This document shows positions 37,399 to 45,319 of a stretch of DNA of 58,346 nucleotides, piece by piece (position 1 is the stretch's first letter; each line of letters opens with the position of its first letter). A program made the translations under genes and the position numbers. This DNA is from a virus (taxonomy: Duplodnaviria > Caudoviricetes), in IMG/VR virus record IMGVR_UViG_3300020477_000025, positions 1-58,346 of that record; one strand, written 5' to 3'. The notes under the pieces were generated by a model. That model was not told where the DNA came from. It saw only the letters and a program-made list of their open reading frames with translations, and ran no database searches.

Positions 37399-38559
37399 AT
37401 GTCATCAATGTTAGAGCAGGCAATAGTTGACGCTGCAGCCTTGCGAGAAGCAGCAATCCAAAGTGCGGAACAAGCAGTAGTCGAACAATATTCCGGACAA
37501 ATAAAGGAAACAGTAGAGAAACTTTTAGAACAAGAAGAGTTGGGCGGCGATTTAGACATGGGCATGGATATGGCCCTACCCGGCGAAGAAGAGACACCAG
37601 CCGATGCCCCGCAAGCCAAGAATATTACACAAGACGCCGATGTTAAACAAGCGAAATCTATTGGTGGTATCGCCGGTCAGACATTAGAAGCATTTTATGA
37701 GGGTTTGGCTGAAGACATTGACGAAAACACTGTTTTAGAGATTGAGTTAGACAATTTAGATTATGATGCTGCTCGCGGTACCGGCAAAGACAAGATTACT
37801 CCGATGCGAGAAGGTAAAGAAATAAGCGAAGATGCTGAAACACAAGATCCTCCTACACCAAAATGTAAAAATGATTTAGATTGCGAAAGCATTCACAGGC
37901 CGCAGTGTGATACTGCAACCGGCGAGTGTGTAGAGGCGACGAACGAAGAGGTCTCGCTTGATGAAGATCTTTTGGGAGAACTGGCAGAAACGTTGGCAAT
38001 GGATTATAAAGCCCAGCCTGATGGCGGCTTTGGTAATGGTCAAATGAAACCAACAAACGCTTTTCACGACACTCAAATGGTAAAAGAAATTGCAGCAGAA
38101 ATTGAAGAGTACGCTGCGGAACAAAATAAAAAGAACGACAAGTTACAAAAAGAAAATTTACAACTTAAAGAAAAACTTAAAGAGTCGACCAAGATTAGAA
38201 ATAAACTAATTGAGGCGGTCGACCAAATTAAACAAAAATTTGAAAGTATGCATTTAATGAATGCAAAGCTTTTTTATATCAACAAGGCATTGATAGACGC
38301 CTCCTTGAATGAGCGACAAAAACAACATATTGTCGAGTCCGTTAACGATGTTGATTCTATAGAGAGTGCGAAAATCGTATTTGAAACTCTTCAAAACACA
38401 GCGGGTGCTTCTAAAAACAGTAGACCAGAATCGTTGAGTGAAGCAGTAAATAAGCGAAATTCGTCTTCAATTATTCTCCACTCTCGTAAGAAAGAGGAGA
38501 AAACAAATAATACTGATGATTTCACCGTGCGTATGAGACGCTTGGCTGGAATCGAATAG
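37399..38559 (+). CDS. gp22: Prohead core scaffold protein (T4 gp22-like) with inserted Cys module
   Basis: Acidic coiled-coil protein directly upstream of the MCP, with many (I/L)-x-E sites and a C-terminal MRRLAGI. Confidence 0.8.
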   Translation: MSSMLEQAIVDAAALREAAIQSAEQAVVEQYSGQIKETVEKLLEQEELGGDLDMGMDMALPGEEETPADAPQAKNITQDADVKQAKSIGGIAGQTLEAFYEGLAEDIDENTVLEIELDNLDYDAARGTGKDKITPMREGKEISEDAETQDPPTPKCKNDLDCESIHRPQCDTATGECVEATNEEVSLDEDLLGELAETLAMDYKAQPDGGFGNGQMKPTNAFHDTQMVKEIAAEIEEYAAEQNKKNDKLQKENLQLKEKLKESTKIRNKLIEAVDQIKQKFESMHLMNAKLFYINKALIDASLNERQKQHIVESVNDVDSIESAKIVFETLQNTAGASKNSRPESLSEAVNKRNSSSIILHSRKKEEKTNNTDDFTVRMRRLAGIE

Positions 38560-38587
38560 ATCTAACAAAACAAGGAGGAAAAAGATT

Positions 38588-40546
38588 ATGTCAGGTATTG
38601 TAGAAAGATTAACTGAAAATATCGTTTCCCGGGATCTTGCAAAGGAAGGCGCTGCTCTGCTTACTAAGTGGGAGAAGACCGGCCTTTTGGAAGGGATTGA
38701 GAATGATAGAAAGAAAAACAGCATGGCTGTTTTGCTAGAAAACCAAGCCAAGGAGCTTCTTCGCGAAGTTTCCGCCATGGCTAATGCGGATGTTGAGGGC
38801 TTTGCGGCCGTCGCATTTCCGATCGTTCGCCGTGTATTCGGTGGACTAATTGCTAACGAACTCGTTAGTGTACAACCGATGAGCTTGCCCTCGGGCCTCA
38901 TCTTCTTCTTGGATTTCCAAGTTGCAACTCAAAAACTGGGCTATAACACTGGCGCACCGGCTGATTCACTCTATGGTGGTCAAGTTGTAGGCCAGCAGAT
39001 TACTGGCGGTGTTGATTTAAGCGGGTTCAAGAACGCGGCTCAGGGCGCTTCTGGTTCTTGGGGTCAAGAGACAAGCTTTTACAGCTTGAATCAGGGTTAC
39101 TCATCGGCAACTGGTAGTGTGAAAGGTACAGACGGCCTTGAGGTGGTTATTGTCGCTTCAGGCACTGTTGGCGGTACATGGGAAGGTGCATCCGGTCACG
39201 GGCATACTTTAATTAAAGCTGGTACCGTAAAGGCCAGTGAATATTCAGACTTGGGCGATAGACTCGTTCAATACGATCCGGATCTGGTAGGCAAAATTGC
39301 TATTGTTTGCACTGTTTCAGGTAGTTCTGCGTTCAGTCAGCTTGATACCAATAACCTAACGGCGATTGAAGCTGTTTCAGGTTCTGGTGCAACGCTCGGT
39401 GCAGCGGTCAATACCGATCCGCGTAGTGATACTGGCGCTGGATATTTCCACACTGCTGGTAGATTAGTTCGGCGTCTTACTCGGCCAGATCCAATCATGA
39501 CTGCCAAGCAGCTTGCTGGTTCGACCGGCGGTGAAAGAGAGCAGAGATACCTCATGGTATTCGCTGCGACTGGTTCTGAAACCGCAGCCCAGATGTCAGC
39601 GTCTTGGTGCTACCAAGGATACAAGAACGCGTCGGGCACTAAGGTGTGGTTTGAGTATCCGATTAAGGATAACTTTGCCAATGTCGGCAGCCGTGCCCTC
39701 GGTGGTGTTGCTGGTAGTGACCTCTGGGGCTTGGAAGAGGCGACCAATGCTGTCGGCGATACGCAGGGTGTCATCCCTGAGATCGACATCAAGGTTGATT
39801 CTGTAAGTGTTACGGCACAGACCAAGAAGCTCAAGGCTAAGTGGACTCCGGAATTGGGACAGGATCTCAATGCCTACCACAACCTCGACGCTGAAGTTGA
39901 GTTGACCTCGATTCTTTCAGAGCAGATTGCTTTGGAAATCGATCGTGAGATTCTCGTTGACCTCGTTAAGGGTGCCACTGCTGGTACGCTCTACTGGTCA
40001 CGCTCACCCGGTTTATTCGTTAACAAGGAGACTGGTGCAGAGGTTGGTGCGTTGTCCGCAGCGCCTGATTTCACCGGTACGGTTAGCGAGTGGTATGAGA
40101 CGTTGCTAGAAACCGTCAATGACGTTTCGGCTCGTATTCACCGCAAGACCATCCGTGGTGGTGCGAACTTCCTCGTTTGCAGCCCAGAAGTTGCTTCGAT
40201 TCTAGAGTTCACCTCTGGTTTCCGCGCTTCGATTGCTGTTGACGAAAACGGTACCGCCGGCGGACAGAAGACTGGTACTATTTCGAAGAAGTGGGATGTC
40301 TATGTTGACCCCTACTTCCCAAGAAATATTATTCTTGTTGGTCGTAAGGGCAGTAGCTTCCTTGAGAGTGGCTATGTATACGCTCCTTACGTTCCGCTGC
40401 AGGTCACGCCTACTATCTTTGGGCCGGAAGACTTCGTGCCCCGTAAGGGTGTCATGACGCGCTACGCGAAGAAGATGGTACGTCCCGATATGTACGGCCT
40501 AGTTGTTGTACGCGGTCTGATTGGTGAGGCTGGTGCAACTAGCTAA
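38588..40546 (+). CDS. gp23: Major capsid protein (T4 gp23-like) with large insertion
   Basis: VQPMSLPSGLIFFL, TKKLKAKWTPELGQDLNAYHNLDAEVELTSILSEQIALEIDREI, GYVYAPYVPL and GVMTRY; strong AGGAGG SD; codon usage suggests high expression. Confidence 0.96.
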   Translation: MSGIVERLTENIVSRDLAKEGAALLTKWEKTGLLEGIENDRKKNSMAVLLENQAKELLREVSAMANADVEGFAAVAFPIVRRVFGGLIANELVSVQPMSLPSGLIFFLDFQVATQKLGYNTGAPADSLYGGQVVGQQITGGVDLSGFKNAAQGASGSWGQETSFYSLNQGYSSATGSVKGTDGLEVVIVASGTVGGTWEGASGHGHTLIKAGTVKASEYSDLGDRLVQYDPDLVGKIAIVCTVSGSSAFSQLDTNNLTAIEAVSGSGATLGAAVNTDPRSDTGAGYFHTAGRLVRRLTRPDPIMTAKQLAGSTGGEREQRYLMVFAATGSETAAQMSASWCYQGYKNASGTKVWFEYPIKDNFANVGSRALGGVAGSDLWGLEEATNAVGDTQGVIPEIDIKVDSVSVTAQTKKLKAKWTPELGQDLNAYHNLDAEVELTSILSEQIALEIDREILVDLVKGATAGTLYWSRSPGLFVNKETGAEVGALSAAPDFTGTVSEWYETLLETVNDVSARIHRKTIRGGANFLVCSPEVASILEFTSGFRASIAVDENGTAGGQKTGTISKKWDVYVDPYFPRNIILVGRKGSSFLESGYVYAPYVPLQVTPTIFGPEDFVPRKGVMTRYAKKMVRPDMYGLVVVRGLIGEAGATS

Positions 40547-40572
40547 GTCAGTTTGACTAGGAATTAATTTCC

Positions 40573-40607
40573 GGCCCCCCGCTCTTCGGAGCGGGGGGTT
40601 TTCTTTT
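40573..40607 (+). terminator. Rho-independent terminator after the MCP gene
   Basis: CCCCCCGCTC-TTCG-GAGCGGGGGG, a 10-bp stem with a cUUCGg tetraloop, followed by TTTTCTTTT. Confidence 0.92.
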
Positions 40608-40615
40608 ATTGTGAA

Positions 40616-40623
40616 ACTATTTA
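40616..40623 (+). promoter_or_regulatory. Putative late promoter (ACTATTTA)
   Basis: Exact motif just after the terminator, ~125 nt upstream of ATG 40750. Confidence 0.6.
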
Positions 40624-40624
40624 T

Positions 40625-40721
40625 AATAACTTGAGATTATTCTCCGGGGTTGGGGCCACTTACCCTTAAAGAAGCATAGTCGAAGTGGCTGGGTATGTTT
40701 CGTGATTAAAATCAAGTTATT
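40625..40721 (+). ncRNA. Candidate structured RNA / 5' leader: three-way junction with kissing loops
   Basis: P1 AATAACTTGA(40625-34)/TCAAGTTATT(40712-21); P2 GGGGT/ACCCT; P3 GAAGCATA/TATGTTTC; the loop sequences GGCCACTT (40654-61) and AAGTGGCT (40683-90) are complementary. Confidence 0.6.
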
Positions 40722-40749
40722 GCAATAACATAATAAGGAGGAAAAAATT

Positions 40750-41250
40750 ATGGGCAAAAGAACAGGATTAGGGCATGTTGAAACCCTAATGGAAAATTTA
40801 AATAGAGACTTACAGATGTCCGGATCAACGTTACATTATAAGAAAGCCAACTCGGCACCAACCGGAACCAGCACGCAACTGACCGCGGCTGATACGGGAA
40901 AAGTTATTTTCATGGATGCGTCGTCTGCTAATACGGTCACGTTGCCGGCAGTCGCCGACACCTCTGCTGGGTGGCACATAAAAGTTATTTTGATGGAGAC
41001 TGGCGCAGCCGGGATCGTCCAGACTTCTGGCACCGAGGATAAACTCATGGGGCAAGTTAATGTTGTTGATGCAGATGGCTCAACGCAGACTGTGACAAAT
41101 GATGCCGATGGCGATACAATCACATTTGTTAATGGATGTTTAGCTGGTGCTTGGGTTGAGATTATATCCAACGGCAATATGTTTTTTGTGCATGGGTTTG
41201 GAACCCACGCGACCGATTCCAACAAGCTTACGTTAACCAAGGCAGACTAA
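40750..41250 (+). CDS. Putative head fibre/decoration protein
   Basis: LTAADTGKVIFMD...TVTLPA...GW motif typical of phage fibre/decoration beta domains; very strong SD (TAAGGAGG); follows the MCP. Confidence 0.55.
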   Translation: MGKRTGLGHVETLMENLNRDLQMSGSTLHYKKANSAPTGTSTQLTAADTGKVIFMDASSANTVTLPAVADTSAGWHIKVILMETGAAGIVQTSGTEDKLMGQVNVVDADGSTQTVTNDADGDTITFVNGCLAGAWVEIISNGNMFFVHGFGTHATDSNKLTLTKAD

Positions 41251-41293
41251 GGAAGCCTAATAATAATTACATATAATTATTGTTAACAAAATT

Positions 41294-41330
41294 AAGCCCT
41301 CATGGTAATATTACCATGAGGGCTTTTTTT
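41294..41330 (+). terminator. Rho-independent terminator formed by a perfect 32-bp palindrome
   Basis: AAGCCCTCATGGTAAT|ATTACCATGAGGGCTT (41294-41325), continuing into a T-tract. Confidence 0.8.
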
Positions 41331-41972
41331 GTGATTAATCAAAAATACAAATATAAATTAATGAATCAGTTTGGACCAAAAATTGGTTATTTTTCATTAA
41401 ACAATGAAGAACTTTCTAAACTTGTTAAACTAACTGACAGTGCTATCAGTCAAAAAAGCTTAGAAAAAAAAAGCAATAGATTAGCAGGACAACTTGAAAA
41501 AGAAATAACATTGCCCACGCAGCTTCTTGAAGGCGAGCATTTCGGATGCTTGTTCACAGATATTATGAAGGAATATGTAATATTATCTATGGATGAGATC
41601 GGAGAACAGGTACCAGATGAAAAAATCACCGCTGTTATGACAGAAGCATGGATTAACTCTCAATATGAAAACGAATATAATCCAGTTCATTATCATCCGG
41701 GCTGTACTTTGTCTGCCGTAATCTACCTTAAAGTGCCTAAATTTAACGATAGAGAGATACACAAAAACACAAAAAAAGAAAACATAGATGGCTGTATTTG
41801 CTTTATTAATAAAACAGTAGAGCATACAGCGTTGGAACGTTCGACTATAACAGTAATGCCAAAAGAAGGCGACTTGTATATCTGGCCTTCAAAGCTACTG
41901 CATTGTGTATATCCTTTTCAGGGCCCGGGCGAAAGAAGGAGTATTGCATTTAACGGATGGTTCTCTTTATGA
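41331..41972 (+). CDS. Putative 2OG-Fe(II) oxygenase (TIGR02466-like)
   Basis: WIN...YNPVHYH...LSAVIYLKVP...PKEGDLYIWPS.LLHCV...RRSIAFN. The start is probably GTG 41331 or ATG 41361 rather than TTG 41280. Confidence 0.8.
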   Translation: MINQKYKYKLMNQFGPKIGYFSLNNEELSKLVKLTDSAISQKSLEKKSNRLAGQLEKEITLPTQLLEGEHFGCLFTDIMKEYVILSMDEIGEQVPDEKITAVMTEAWINSQYENEYNPVHYHPGCTLSAVIYLKVPKFNDREIHKNTKKENIDGCICFINKTVEHTALERSTITVMPKEGDLYIWPSKLLHCVYPFQGPGERRSIAFNGWFSL

Positions 41973-42514
41973 ACAAAGATAAGAAGTTAGACATTGAAAT
42001 TTATGATAACTTGTTTTCTTACAATTATATGAGTAAGTTGTATGATATGGTGATTAATAGTAATTACCACATTGGGTGGGCCGATACAAAAATCATCGAG
42101 AATAGAGATAAGGTGTTTATGTTTTCTTTGTGGGAACTTACAGATTTCATGAAATCTGAGTTTTTATCAAACATTAAAGATGAAAGTTTATTAGAGAGAA
42201 TTGGCAATCGTCTTCCTTCACGATGTGTGATTAATTGTGGAAATTTTAGTGATACGTATTTGCCTCACACCCACAACAACAAAGAAGTGCTTTTATACTA
42301 TGTAAACTTAGACTGGAAGTTGGAATGGAATGGTGAGACTGCGTTTTACTCAGATGATTTGAAAGAAATAATTCTAACCAACCCTTATGTTCCGGGTCGA
42401 ATGGTGTGGTTTGATGGTGAAATTCCACACTCAATTAAGCCACAAACACATTTAGGGCCCAAATTTAGATTTACAATATCTCTTTTCTTTGATACTAACT
42501 ATATATTTGCCTAA
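41969..42514 (+). CDS. Putative 2OG-Fe(II) oxygenase (prolyl-hydroxylase-like)
   Basis: PHTH...LLYYVN.DW..EWNGET.F...PGRMVWFDG.IPH...RFTIS; start placed at ATG 41969 (ATGA overlap). Confidence 0.8.
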   Translation: MNKDKKLDIEIYDNLFSYNYMSKLYDMVINSNYHIGWADTKIIENRDKVFMFSLWELTDFMKSEFLSNIKDESLLERIGNRLPSRCVINCGNFSDTYLPHTHNNKEVLLYYVNLDWKLEWNGETAFYSDDLKEIILTNPYVPGRMVWFDGEIPHSIKPQTHLGPKFRFTISLFFDTNYIFA

Positions 42515-42547
42515 ATCTGATCCGCTTTATAAATTAAAATATTTTAT

Positions 42548-42597
42548 GGACCCCCTTTCGCGACTGGTGGGTTTTCTTTTTGCTACTCAACTAATTA
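42548..42597 (+). promoter_or_regulatory. Degenerate terminator-like stem plus late promoter ACTAATTA (42590-42597) for the neck genes
   Basis: GGACCCCC...GGTGGGTTTTCTTTTT, then the exact motif, a GAGGAG SD and ATG 42622. Confidence 0.55.
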
Positions 42598-42621
42598 CTA
42601 TGATACGAGGAGCATACTATA

Positions 42622-43899
42622 ATGGCTAAGCCTACCCTTACACCTTCTAGTACTTTGAGCAAGGTTATTCTGCCTGTCGGCGGAAACGCCGACAATGTTA
42701 TCTCTACATTGCCATATGGTATTTATAAAGGCGAATCAACATTTGTTGATGCGGCAAAAGATCAGGTTGCATATGTTTATAAGAAGCTCGGCGGGGATGT
42801 GCTTGACATCGAATTGACCGAAGGCAACGTTTATGCTGCGTATGAAGAGGCGGTATTAGAATATTCTTATATTGTTAATATCCATCAGGCTAAAAACTCA
42901 TTGGGCGACTTGCTTGGTTCGACAACCGCTTCATTTGACGAAGATGGCGAGATTAAAGTAGATGATGGCCTAAAGAATGAAAATGTTGAACTTAAATATC
43001 CAAGATTTACTTTTAAATATTCGCAGCGTGCTGCAGATGGCGTTGCAGCAGAGGCAACGTTGGGTGATGCCAATGTTTACTCTGCTTCTTTTGATATTAC
43101 AAAAAACGTACAAGACTATGATTTGCAAGACATTGTATATTCAGCATCGGTAGATAGTGATAACTCTGCGTTTCCTTATTATAATAAAGTCGGAAAAAAT
43201 AAAATTACTATTAGGAAGGTCTTTCACAGAACTCCAAGATCAATGTGGAGATTCTTTGCATATTATGGTGGATTAAATGTTCTTGGCAATTTGTCAACTT
43301 ATGGAATGTATGCCGATGAATCAACTTTTGAAGTTATTCCTACATGGCAAAATAAACTACAGGCTATGCAATATGAAGACAGCATCACAACAAGAACGTC
43401 GAATTACAGTTATGAGTTATTTAATAGCAAACTAAGAATATTTCCAACGCCGGTAATTTCAAGCCCTTCAAAGTTTTGGTTTAAATTTACTATTGAAAAT
43501 GAAAGAGAGCCATGGCAAGAATACATGGCTGATAGAAAAAAAGGAGTGGATGGCGTTAATAATATGAATACGCTGCCCTATGCAAATATTCCATATACGA
43601 GTATTAACAGCATTGGCAAGCAGTGGATTAGGAGATTTGCGCTAGCGCTCTCCAAGGAGATGCTGGGGCAGATTAGAGGCAAGTTTGGTGGTTCAATACC
43701 GATTCCGGGTGACACTGTTACCCTTAATTCGGGCGATTTGCTGTCGCAGGCAAAAACAGAGCAAGATGCGCTCAGAGAAGAACTGAAAACAGTCCTTGAT
43801 GAGTTAACATATGCCAAGTTAGCCGAAAGGGATGCTGCAATAATGGACAGCGCTACCAAAACACAACAACATATTCCACTTCCATTTTTTGTGGGGTAA
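42622..43899 (+). CDS. gp13: Neck protein (T4 gp13-like head-tail adaptor)
   Basis: KLGGDVLDIELT...; C-terminal QWIRRFALALSKEMLGQIRGKF..IPIPG..VTLN; position after the head genes. Confidence 0.8.
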   Translation: MAKPTLTPSSTLSKVILPVGGNADNVISTLPYGIYKGESTFVDAAKDQVAYVYKKLGGDVLDIELTEGNVYAAYEEAVLEYSYIVNIHQAKNSLGDLLGSTTASFDEDGEIKVDDGLKNENVELKYPRFTFKYSQRAADGVAAEATLGDANVYSASFDITKNVQDYDLQDIVYSASVDSDNSAFPYYNKVGKNKITIRKVFHRTPRSMWRFFAYYGGLNVLGNLSTYGMYADESTFEVIPTWQNKLQAMQYEDSITTRTSNYSYELFNSKLRIFPTPVISSPSKFWFKFTIENEREPWQEYMADRKKGVDGVNNMNTLPYANIPYTSINSIGKQWIRRFALALSKEMLGQIRGKFGGSIPIPGDTVTLNSGDLLSQAKTEQDALREELKTVLDELTYAKLAERDAAIMDSATKTQQHIPLPFFVG

Positions 43900-43903
43900 C
43901 TAG

Positions 43904-44392
43904 ATGGCAGAAAACGAATGGTCACAACCAGACGCTCCACCACCACCTTTGTTCACAGGTGAAAAGGAGAAGGCCCTTGTCAAACAAATTAATGACGAGG
44001 TAATCGAGCGCGTTGTCGGACAACAAATTTTATATTATTCAGTTAGTGTAGAACATTCAGAATTTCACGATGTTTATGGCGAAGCAATAAAAAAGACAAC
44101 ATTGCCCCCAGTTAGAGTATACGCTTTGGTCGAATGGGAAGGGTTAACTACAGAAACGGGAAAATTTGGCGTAGATAGGAGTTCATCAATAACTATTCAC
44201 TTTCATAAGCGTCGATTAACAGAAGACCAAGATATATTTGTTAGAGAGGGAGATTTTGTCTTATATGGCGAAATATTTTATGAAATCGTATCTTTGGATG
44301 AGCCAAGTCAACTTTATGGGCAGCCAGATACACGCTATCAAATTGTCGCTAAGTGCGTAAGAGCTAGAGAGGGAAAGTTTAATGCCAAGTAA
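43904..44392 (+). CDS. gp14: Neck / head-closure protein (T4 gp14-like)
   Basis: Follows the gp13-like gene; VYGEA...EGDFVLY..IFYEI pattern. Confidence 0.65.
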   Translation: MAENEWSQPDAPPPPLFTGEKEKALVKQINDEVIERVVGQQILYYSVSVEHSEFHDVYGEAIKKTTLPPVRVYALVEWEGLTTETGKFGVDRSSSITIHFHKRRLTEDQDIFVREGDFVLYGEIFYEIVSLDEPSQLYGQPDTRYQIVAKCVRAREGKFNAK

Positions 44393-45245
44393 AACACAAA
44401 CAACTGGCAAAGTTTTGAATTTAAAGCCTTCAACTTTCGAAACAATTGATAAGGCTGTATTAAAGTGGGTCGATAACATTTTAAACATTCATTCTTCTAC
44501 AAATGATGGCTGGAGAAAAACTCCGGTTGTGTGGATTACTGCCGAAAGAGCATTTCAAATTAAAAATAAAAAAGAAATGAGAAGTGTCGATTCTGAGTCT
44601 CTTATCTTTCCTTTGATGACCATTGAAAGAGAGGGTGTGACAAAAACACCTGTTAATGCCAGACCGATCCCCGCTCATTTATTTCCAGACAACAAGGGTT
44701 CCCGCGGCTATCGCGGCGGCGCATTTACTTTAACAAAAATAATGAATCAGAATAAAACAAGAAATTTTGCCGCGGCCGACAATAATAAGTTATATGGTCA
44801 ATATTATACCCGCAGGAGGGGAAGTAAAAATAAAAAAGTTGTTTATCAAACAATTTCTATTCCATTCCCAGTATATTATGATCTAACGTACAATATTAAT
44901 TTGCGTGCAGATTATCAGCAACAAATGAATGAAATGATGGCGCCATTTGCAACATATACTGGCGGAATAAATCAATTTAGAATTGAGCAAGACAATCATT
45001 TTTATGACACTTTCATAGAAGATGGTTATGCGCTTGATAATAATATTTCTTCGTTAGCGGAAGAAGAAAAAAGATATGAGGCAGTTGTTAAAATAAAAGT
45101 TCTTGGATATTTAATAGGGTCAGAAAAAAATCAAGAGACTCCTAAGATTGCTATAAGAGAGAACCGCGTTGATTTAAAGTTTAGTAGAGAGCGTGTTTGG
45201 GTTGGTGACATAAATGAGATAGGTTCCGAAGACTTTAGGTCTTAA
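44382..45245 (+). CDS. gp15: Tail completion / sheath terminator protein (T4 gp15-like)
   Basis: Lies between neck and sheath; PVVW..AER, PLMTIER and PVYYDLTYNINL motifs. Confidence 0.6.
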   Translation: MPSKTQTTGKVLNLKPSTFETIDKAVLKWVDNILNIHSSTNDGWRKTPVVWITAERAFQIKNKKEMRSVDSESLIFPLMTIEREGVTKTPVNARPIPAHLFPDNKGSRGYRGGAFTLTKIMNQNKTRNFAAADNNKLYGQYYTRRRGSKNKKVVYQTISIPFPVYYDLTYNINLRADYQQQMNEMMAPFATYTGGINQFRIEQDNHFYDTFIEDGYALDNNISSLAEEEKRYEAVVKIKVLGYLIGSEKNQETPKIAIRENRVDLKFSRERVWVGDINEIGSEDFRS

Positions 45246-45271
45246 ATACAAAGCGTTTTGTATTTTAAATA

Positions 45272-45279
45272 ACTATTTA
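45272..45279 (+). promoter_or_regulatory. Putative late promoter for the sheath gene (ACTATTTA)
   Basis: Exact motif; preceded by the AT-rich hairpin AAATACAAA/TTTGTATTT (45244-45265); AGGAG SD follows. Confidence 0.65.
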
Positions 45280-45319
45280 TTGGTAGCATACTTACGAAAT
45301 ATTCAGGAGACCAAACAAT

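Noticed and set aside
40625-40721. Assignment of the structured RNA to a known riboswitch or ribozyme class
   Set aside because: I could not find the purine-riboswitch junction nucleotides or a hammerhead CUGANGA/GAAA core; it is left unassigned pending an Rfam search.
41280-41330. TTG start for the first oxygenase
   Set aside because: It would translate through the terminator palindrome and has no SD; GTG 41331 or ATG 41361 is more plausible.
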